DNA from: Formosa sp. Hel1_33_131
GTDB lineage: Bacteria; Bacteroidota; Bacteroidia; Flavobacteriales; Flavobacteriaceae
NCBI RefSeq assembly: GCF_001735745.1
Contig: NZ_CP017260.1
Location: 510,001-542,000, forward strand
Length of the DNA: 32,000 bases
Reading direction: 5' to 3'
How positions within the stretch are numbered: the stretch's first letter is position 1; each line of letters opens with the position of its first letter. A program made the translations under genes and the position numbers. Shown here one piece after another: positions 18,130 through 23,945 of the stretch. The notes beneath the pieces were generated by a model, which was not told the DNA's origin, made no database searches, and saw nothing but the letters and a program-made list of their open reading frames with translations.

Positions 18130-18637
18130 TTAAAAACCTATTTTAGTTCTAGGTGTTTCGTTATCTTGTTTATCAACTAATTCATCCAAGTAATTAAATA
18201 CTAATTCAATATTCTTACTGTGATTTGTTAGTTTCTTTTTAATTTCTTCAATATTAAGCTTAAATTATCCGTTAACATTTCACGTAGCTTGGTAAAAATT
18301 CTCATTATATGAATATTTACTGCAATCGCTTTTTTACTGTTCAAGGTACTCGATAACATCAGTACTCCGTGTTCGGTAAATACAAAAGGTAATTTTCTTC
18401 TTCCTCCCCAACTTGGTGTCGCAAATTACGACTTCAAGTTGCCCCATTCTTCTTTGGTCAATTGGAGCATAAAGTCTTCAGGAAACCTTTCTAAATTTCT
18501 TTTAACTTGTAGATTTAAGACTCTTGTCTCTACTTCGTAAAGTTCTGCTAAATCACTATCTTACATTACTTTTTGATCTCTTATGTAGTAAATCTTACTG
18601 ATCACTACTTCGTCTGGTATGATTAGTTTTTACTCAT
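18130..18637 (-). pseudogene. Decayed ORF6N-domain (KilA-N-related DNA-binding) gene
   Basis: The minus-strand translation reads [119 protein letters not shown]. After a frameshift it continues [41 protein letters not shown]. This matches the Bacteroidota ORF6N-domain protein pattern but carries at least two in-frame stops and at least two frameshifts. Confidence 0.75.
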
Positions 18638-18898
18638 ATTTTTAATAATATACGAATGTAATGACTTGACATCACAGATTGTGACATCAAGTTTGGTTTT
18701 AGCTAATTGAAAGGTCTCTATTAATATCCTCTTTTAACCAACACGTAATTACCTAAATTCACACTTGCTTCTATGTTCGTAATTTCAAAATATTATATTG
18801 TAAAAATACTAAAACTACATCAATTTTCATATCTAAAATAGTTTCCAACTGTTTTGAGCCTGCCACGTCTTTAGCGTGGACAACTCCCTATATAACAA

Positions 18899-18949
18899 CA
18901 CATTCCCTTATAAGGGACACTTTAGCGTAAAAGAGCCGTAGAGGTTGCA
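18899..18949 (-). repeat. Module-boundary repeat, copy B (51 bp, contains the palindrome TCCCTTATAAGGGA)
   Basis: CACATTCCCTTATAAGGGACACTTTAGCGTAAAAGAGCCGTAGAGGTTGCA matches copy A (23627-23677) at 47 of 51 positions by hand alignment. It lies 9 nt downstream of the stop of the last immunity-like gene. Confidence 0.8.
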
Positions 18950-18957
18950 CGGAAGTA

Positions 18958-19407
18958 TTAATCTTCAATAAAATCATTAATTCCCAAACTATACAAAATC
19001 CTATTTTCGAACTCTTTGATTTCTGCTTTATTTTTAGATTTTGTAAAGTCTTTATTAATGCGTTTCCAATTACCTAAATCCGAATGCTTTTTTACACTGA
19101 CAAAAGCTAAGATAGTTTCTGTTTTAGATTTTTTACGAACCCAAACATACATTATTTGACTTTTTTGTGGATTGTTAAAATAAATATGATACCAATGATC
19201 TTTACCAGAACTCCTTCCATCAACAAACCCATATTTTGGCTGCACTATGTAATTCTGGTTATCTTTTTTAAATTTTTTTATAACATCAATTAATTTCTCT
19301 TCTGATAATTTAATAGTGTATCTTTCAACATAAGGATAACTACCTGGTGCTAAGTTGCATGATCCAAACAAAAGTAAAAAAAGGCATAAAATTGTAATAC
19401 TTTTCAT
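18958..19407 (-). CDS. Orphan immunity-like lipoprotein (cassette 3)
   Basis: 149-aa with the signal and lipobox MKSITILCLFLLLFGSC. The gene is very AT-rich and sits 11 nt downstream of a toxin-tip fragment, in the same relative position as the other immunity genes. The function is inferred from context only. Confidence 0.45.
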   Translation of the reverse strand: MKSITILCLFLLLFGSCNLAPGSYPYVERYTIKLSEEKLIDVIKKFKKDNQNYIVQPKYGFVDGRSSGKDHWYHIYFNNPQKSQIMYVWVRKKSKTETILAFVSVKKHSDLGNWKRINKDFTKSKNKAEIKEFENRILYSLGINDFIED

Positions 19408-19418
19408 AATTATTATTT

Positions 19419-19724
19419 TTAGTTTCCGGGTTGATTTGTAACACCTACATTGCTAATGTGGAAATCAACCATTATTTGAGCTACACCTACACCTATTGTT
19501 GGAGCAGAATTTAATTTATAAATTGTTTTTGGCAATGCTGATAAGCCTAAACCAATACCTAAAACTCCAGCCCTAATTCTAGTCTTAATCGGTAAAAGTG
19601 GATTTGAAGCTATTTGTAACTCTTCTGATACAAATTTATAATCTGCGAAAACAATTTTCACTTTTACCTCAACTAATGACTGCCAATCTTTGTCACCACT
19701 AGAAAATTCTAGCGGGAGCGGGGG
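19419..19724 (-). other. 5'-truncated toxin-tip fragment (orphan cassette 3) with Gly-zipper-like hydrophobic segments
   Basis: The frame is open from about 19724. The ORF track begins at a GTG at 19661 and there is no ATG. The translation reads PPLPLEFSSGDKDWQSLVEVKVKIVFADYKFVSEELQIASNPLLPIKTRIRAGVLGIGLGLSALPKTIYKLNSAPTIGVGVAQIMVDFHISNVGVTNQPGN. It starts inside junction repeat F and has no Rhs core. Confidence 0.35.
19682..19721 (-). repeat. Cassette-junction repeat F
   Basis: GCCAATCTTTGTCACCACTAGAAAATTCTAGCGGGAGCGG shares two identical 11-nt blocks (GCCAATCTTTG, TAGCGGGAGCG) plus CCACTA with repeat E. It overlaps the stop codon of the upstream immunity gene. Confidence 0.7.
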
Positions 19725-20382
19725 TTATATCCAAAACAACAATTGGTATTAAAGCATAATCAAAAGATATTTCATTATTAGAAATATAGCTTACTAACAC
19801 TCTGTTGATTTTATTTAATAAATTAATATTTATATTAGAGGAACAAGAAATAGACACAATACCATCTTCATACATATATATGGCATATTTATCACGATTT
19901 CTAGTGCCAGAAAACAAAGGTATATAGACTAACGAATCAGTATTTTTAATTAAATATTGATTAATGTTCTTTTCATTTATATTGTCTATTTGTTCAAAAT
20001 TATTTGAATAGAAACCAATTTTCATATTTTTATTAAGACATCTTTGATTCTTATTATTTGGAAATAACTTTATCTCTGATTTAGGATAATTAAATAAGTT
20101 GTTTTTACTAAATACTAAAAGACTATCGTTTTTATCAATTTTAAAAATATATTTATTATCTCTAATAATATCTATTTCTGCGCAGGTTTGGTGTAAATAT
20201 TTATTTATTTTTTTTTCTAATTCACTATCATTAAAATTCAAATCATAATCTAATGTATAAAAAGACACACACTCTTTTATGATTTCTTTATCAGCTAAAT
20301 TTTCTTTTGAAAAAGAAAAAAATATCCAAACAACAAAGGCTGTAACTGAAATAAAGAAAAGGTAGTAGTATTTTAATCTCAT
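19699..20382 (-). CDS. Putative immunity protein of orphan toxin 2 (N-terminally membrane-anchored)
   Basis: 227-aa with an N-terminal TM segment (YYYLFFISVTAFVVWIFFSF). The gene is very AT-rich and lies 12 nt downstream of the orphan Rhs-CT. I recognise no family. Confidence 0.5.
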   Translation of the reverse strand: MRLKYYYLFFISVTAFVVWIFFSFSKENLADKEIIKECVSFYTLDYDLNFNDSELEKKINKYLHQTCAEIDIIRDNKYIFKIDKNDSLLVFSKNNLFNYPKSEIKLFPNNKNQRCLNKNMKIGFYSNNFEQIDNINEKNINQYLIKNTDSLVYIPLFSGTRNRDKYAIYMYEDGIVSISCSSNININLLNKINRVLVSYISNNEISFDYALIPIVVLDITPAPARIF

Positions 20383-20394
20383 AAAAAATATGAT

Positions 20395-21375
20395 TTATTT
20401 CATTATTGAATGTAATGAACTAAAATGCTTATCTGAATGAACTTCAATTATTAGAGTAGGGATTCTGCCTGCGCTGTCAGTAAGACCTCTATCAAAGAAT
20501 ATTGCATTCTCAAATATATCTCCGCCACTACTACTGTAAATTTCATAAGATTTCATAAAGTTAAAAAATCTATTATTTTTACTTAATAACGTTGACAACT
20601 TTCCATTAAATAGAACATTTTCGCCATTGAAATTAAAACCACTTTGAAACCTTATATTTCCAAAGGAATTTGGGAGTTGGTCAATACCTAAGTCAATTTT
20701 AGAGAAAGCTAAACTAATATCTCCATATGGATTATCTCTCAATTCTTGATTTTTGTTAATTTGACTTTGTAGGCCTTGTTCTATTGCTACTGGTATTCTT
20801 CCCGATACATAACTATTCCAATCGAATTTTTGACCATGTCCATCTCCTAAATTCCTATTCCACAAACCTTCAAATCCATCTGTAGTATTAAATCCCCAAT
20901 TTTTTATTACATCAGATTTGGTTGCTCCTCCATATTGTAAGCCAGCAGCAGTTGCTTGTCCTTTAGAAGTTATATCTTCTCGCCAAACCCATGTATCACC
21001 ATCTTTACCTCTTACCCAATCAAACCATTCCCCCCCATCAGGATCTACTCCATTAATCGGATTATTACCCATCCCTAAATACGGAGAGCTATACTGCCCA
21101 GCAGGATCCACAGTCAACCATCTTCCAATCCTACCATCCCAAAGTCTCAACTCAAACGCCTCTTTTCCCGTTTCAGCGTCTTTTTCTTGTCCTTGGAATT
21201 TGTACCTATAATTGCCTTCTATATTGCGGTTAGGCATTGGCATCCCAAATGGATAGTAGTCTGTTTTCGCAGTTAAAGATACAGCATTTTCGCCATTTTT
21301 CATAATCACGGCTCGTACATTTCCTAAATGGTCGGTGAGTTGAACTCGCCAATCTTTGACGCCACTAAGTACAAC
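20395..21375 (-). CDS. Orphan Rhs C-terminal fragment 2: end of the Rhs core plus a 211-aa toxin domain of unknown type
   Basis: The ORF track lists 20395..21309 (GTG start). The frame is open back to the immunity-1 stop at 21376. Translation is VVLSGVKDWRVQLTDHLGNVRAVIMKNGENAVSLTAKTDYYPFGMPMPNRNIEGNYRYKFQGQEKDAETGKEAFELRLWDGRIGRWLTVDPAGQYSSPYLGMGNNPINGVDPDGG followed by a unique C-terminus. It lacks a signal peptide and the YD-repeat shell. Confidence 0.75.
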   Translation of the reverse strand, partial: VVLSGVKDWRVQLTDHLGNVRAVIMKNGENAVSLTAKTDYYPFGMPMPNRNIEGNYRYKFQGQEKDAETGKEAFELRLWDGRIGRWLTVDPAGQYSSPYLGMGNNPINGVDPDGGEWFDWVRGKDGDTWVWREDITSKGQATAAGLQYGGATKSDVIKNWGFNTTDGFEGLWNRNLGDGHGQKFDWNSYVSGRIPVAIEQGLQSQINKNQELRDNPYGDISLAFSKIDLGIDQLPNSFGNIRFQSGFNFNGENVLFNGKLSTLLSKNNRFFNFMKSYEIYSSSGGDIFENAIFFDRGLTDSAGRIPTLIIEVHSDKHFSSLHSIMK

Positions 21376-21388
21376 TTAGCGGGAGCGC
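21348..21388 (-). repeat. Cassette-junction repeat E
   Basis: GCCAATCTTTGACGCCACTAAGTACAACTTAGCGGGAGCGC pairs with repeat F. It spans the stop codon of immunity 1 and the first codons (..LSGVKDWR..) of orphan fragment 2. Confidence 0.7.
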
Positions 21389-21957
21389 AAACTAGCACCA
21401 TCAGGGGCGTATTTCACATGTATAAATATTAAATAATTAATAGAATTTCTAAATACCTCATTTTGAAATTCGTTCATTTCAATTAACCCATATAAAATTT
21501 CTTTTGTTGGGTATCCTTTTTTAAAAATTTCAAAATACTTTTTTCTTATTTTACTTGAAAGTTTAGCTTCGATAGGACAATTATCAAACATGAAATTCAT
21601 AGTAGTAATATCATTGGATATGTAATTAAGAAAACCAGAGTTTTTTATTGTGATTTCTTTAATTAATTCAATTTTATTATGAGTTAATTTTTTGATTAAT
21701 TCATGGTAATCATTCTGATTTTTTCCTAAAAGAATACCTTCATCAATTAATTTGTTTTCAAATACACTAATTGAGTCAGATAAACTGATTTTATTATAAT
21801 TTATAGAATTATATATTGAACTCTTTATGTTTATTCTATTTGTTATCTTAGTATTAATACAATTCTCAAATTCAATAAATGATTTACTATTGTCATTACA
21901 TGAAAATATCATTACCCCTAAAATGAAAAAAATAATATTTTTAATCTTTGAAACCAT
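21376..21957 (-). CDS. Putative immunity lipoprotein of orphan toxin 1
   Basis: 193-aa with the signal and lipobox MVSKIKNIIFFILGVMIFSC. The start overlaps the orphan toxin 3' end by 17 nt and the gene is very AT-rich. Confidence 0.55.
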   Translation of the reverse strand: MVSKIKNIIFFILGVMIFSCNDNSKSFIEFENCINTKITNRINIKSSIYNSINYNKISLSDSISVFENKLIDEGILLGKNQNDYHELIKKLTHNKIELIKEITIKNSGFLNYISNDITTMNFMFDNCPIEAKLSSKIRKKYFEIFKKGYPTKEILYGLIEMNEFQNEVFRNSINYLIFIHVKYAPDGASLRSR

Positions 21958-23482
21958 TGCTTCTCCCTATATAATTATATTTTGGTTTTTTAGTAAATAT
22001 TTGCTGTTGAAATGCATCTTTATTCTTAGTATGAACAGTTAATTGAACAGCACCTGCTAGCTGCCAAACAATCCTACCATTCATCAAATATCCAAATCTA
22101 ATATTGTGATGCGTTATTCTCTTATCTGAGCCAAACATAGTTCCATAATCGTCATCTGGATGTTTCAAAGTATTTCCAAAAACAGCAGGATGGTACTTCA
22201 CATTAAATAAAAAACCTTCAGAAGTATACCACTGAACCGCAAGACTAATATCGACATTTTTTCCATTAATTTCAATTGACCCCTTATAATCAATAGGTGT
22301 TTGAAGTTGATATTTAATACCCCCAAAATAATCAGAAGATAACCACGCATTAGCTCCATCCGAAGCACTGTGCTGTAAAGCAAAGTTAAAATGATCTATA
22401 ACTCTTTGTTGCGTAGCTCTCCCCCCAGTTAATTGTAATCTTAATAAATCAGTCCCGAACATATCATATACGTTTCGACCAGATACAGTAGTAACTCCTG
22501 CTTGAATATTGTTCTCATTCCCATTTAATAAACCCTTTGCTTGATCATATGTAACTCCGTATTGATCAACAAAAGATTGAACAGTATCATTTTCTTCAGC
22601 AACATAAGAAACAGAACCATCAGCATTAACAATAGGTTTCCAAAATGCCCCATCAGGATCCGTTCCATTAATCGGATTATTCCCCATCCCTAAATATGGA
22701 CTCGCATATTGCCCCGCAGGATCCGTCGTCAACCACCGTCCTATTCGACCATCCCAAAGTCTCAACTCAAACGCCTCTTTTCCCGTTTCAGAGTCTTTTT
22801 CTTGTCCTTGGAATTTATACCTATAATTGCCTTCTATATTGCGGTTAGGCATTGGCATCCCAAAGGGATAGTAGTCTGTTTTCGCAGTTAAAGATACAGC
22901 ATTTCCGCCATTTTTCATAATCACCGCACGTACATTTCCTAAATGGTCGGTGAGTTGATAGACATCGCTGTTGGTTTGGCGGTAGTGGACCCCCAAACGG
23001 CTGCTGCCATAAATGGGTTGTTCTTTGAGCACGGTGGGTTGGCGTATTGTGGGTCCAAAGGCACCAGTATAAATGCCCATTGGACTGCCAGAAGCATCCC
23101 GTACATAGTAGGTTAGATAGGTATTCCCTGAACTATAAACTTCTTTACGTACACGCTGCCCCCGATCGTCATAGAAAAAGGCGAGTTTGGAGGCTGTGGG
23201 GACTTGCAGGTTGATGTTGTCTATGGAGATGCGTCCAAAACCAACGCAGTCGCGTTGGACTTCAATAGTAATGGTGGAGGTGGTGGGCGTGAATTCAAAA
23301 CTGTTGTGGGCTGTCAGATAGGGTGCACAGGCAGGGGTGTTTCCTACATTAGAAGTGGCGGTTGGGTTGGGACTGTTATGTGCCGCGGTGCCTAAGATGG
23401 TTCCGTTGGCATCTTTGATGGTGATGATGGCGGGTAAAAGAGCCGTAGAGGTTAGGGGTCCTAGTTTTATATGACAAACCAT
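21941..23482 (-). CDS. Orphan Rhs C-terminal fragment 1: unrelated 5' segment, last part of the Rhs core, and a 234-aa toxin domain of unknown type
   Basis: 513-aa. Residues ~95-275 parallel the end of the main Rhs (FFYDDRGQRVRKEVY..YYVRDASGSPMGIY..YGSSRLGVHYR..YQLTDHLGNVRAVIMKNG...NNPINGTDPDGA). A unique C-terminus follows. There is no signal peptide and no YD shell. Confidence 0.8.
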   Translation of the reverse strand: MVCHIKLGPLTSTALLPAIITIKDANGTILGTAAHNSPNPTATSNVGNTPACAPYLTAHNSFEFTPTTSTITIEVQRDCVGFGRISIDNINLQVPTASKLAFFYDDRGQRVRKEVYSSGNTYLTYYVRDASGSPMGIYTGAFGPTIRQPTVLKEQPIYGSSRLGVHYRQTNSDVYQLTDHLGNVRAVIMKNGGNAVSLTAKTDYYPFGMPMPNRNIEGNYRYKFQGQEKDSETGKEAFELRLWDGRIGRWLTTDPAGQYASPYLGMGNNPINGTDPDGAFWKPIVNADGSVSYVAEENDTVQSFVDQYGVTYDQAKGLLNGNENNIQAGVTTVSGRNVYDMFGTDLLRLQLTGGRATQQRVIDHFNFALQHSASDGANAWLSSDYFGGIKYQLQTPIDYKGSIEINGKNVDISLAVQWYTSEGFLFNVKYHPAVFGNTLKHPDDDYGTMFGSDKRITHHNIRFGYLMNGRIVWQLAGAVQLTVHTKNKDAFQQQIFTKKPKYNYIGRSNGFKD

Positions 23483-23626
23483 TCTCCCTCAAAACTCCCC
23501 TTCTCTCTTTAGTTCTCTCTTTAAACCCTTAATAGATACCAAACCTATACAAAAACCTCCTTAGCTATAAGCTTTGATACCAAATACTCTGTTGTTTCTC
23601 TTTCTTCTTAACACAATTCTTCCAAA

Positions 23627-23677
23627 CACATTCCCTTATAAGGGACAACTTAGCGTAAAAGTGTCGTAGAGGTTGCA
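23627..23677 (-). repeat. Module-boundary repeat, copy A (51 bp, contains the palindrome TCCCTTATAAGGGA)
   Basis: CACATTCCCTTATAAGGGACAACTTAGCGTAAAAGTGTCGTAGAGGTTGCA lies 28 nt downstream of the immunity-0 stop. A 20-nt part recurs at 23434-23453 inside orphan 1. That copy is 18/20 identical to A and 20/20 identical to copy B (18927-18946). Confidence 0.8.
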
Positions 23678-23705
23678 GTGCAGTGCAATTCAATATAGTA
23701 TTTAT

Positions 23706-23945
23706 TTACCAATTATATTTTATTATTAAAGTAGCTAATACAAAAAACAAAACAAACCCTATAAGTGTATTGACTGTTTCACTTTCTATTCCATTGTATT
23801 TTCCACCTTTGCCTTCCCAGATATATTTAAATCCAACCTTTTCTTTTTTAAGAAAAATGTTTTTAGAATTTATTATTACATATCTTAAACTAGCTCCTAA
23901 AAACGAAAAAATATAATGTACAATAAAAATACCTATAACATCCAT
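23706..23945 (-). CDS. Putative immunity protein of the main Rhs toxin (small 2-TM membrane protein)
   Basis: 79-aa with two hydrophobic helices (VIGIFIVHYIFSFLGASL and TLIGFVLFFVLATLII). Its ATG overlaps the Rhs stop codon as TAATG at 23943-23947. Confidence 0.65.
   Translation of the reverse strand: MDVIGIFIVHYIFSFLGASLRYVIINSKNIFLKKEKVGFKYIWEGKGGKYNGIESETVNTLIGFVLFFVLATLIIKYNW

Noticed and set aside
18011-23677. The repeated GCAACCTCTACG..CTTTTACGCTAA elements as a CRISPR array
   Set aside because: There are only three or four copies, with spacings of about 0.2, 0.85 and 4.7 kb that contain genes. The flanks are conserved beyond the core and there are no cas genes. This is not CRISPR architecture.
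18899-23677. Boundary and junction repeats as integron attC sites
   Set aside because: I could not find the GTTRRRY / RYYYAAC core and inverse-core pair or the extended imperfect attC palindrome. No intI-like gene is in the window. The integron-like idea is kept only as a loose analogy.
23683-23916. 77-aa plus-strand ORF opposite the 79-aa immunity gene
   Set aside because: The minus-strand ORF has a TAATG overlap with the Rhs stop and two clean TM helices. The plus-strand ORF has no comparable contextual support.
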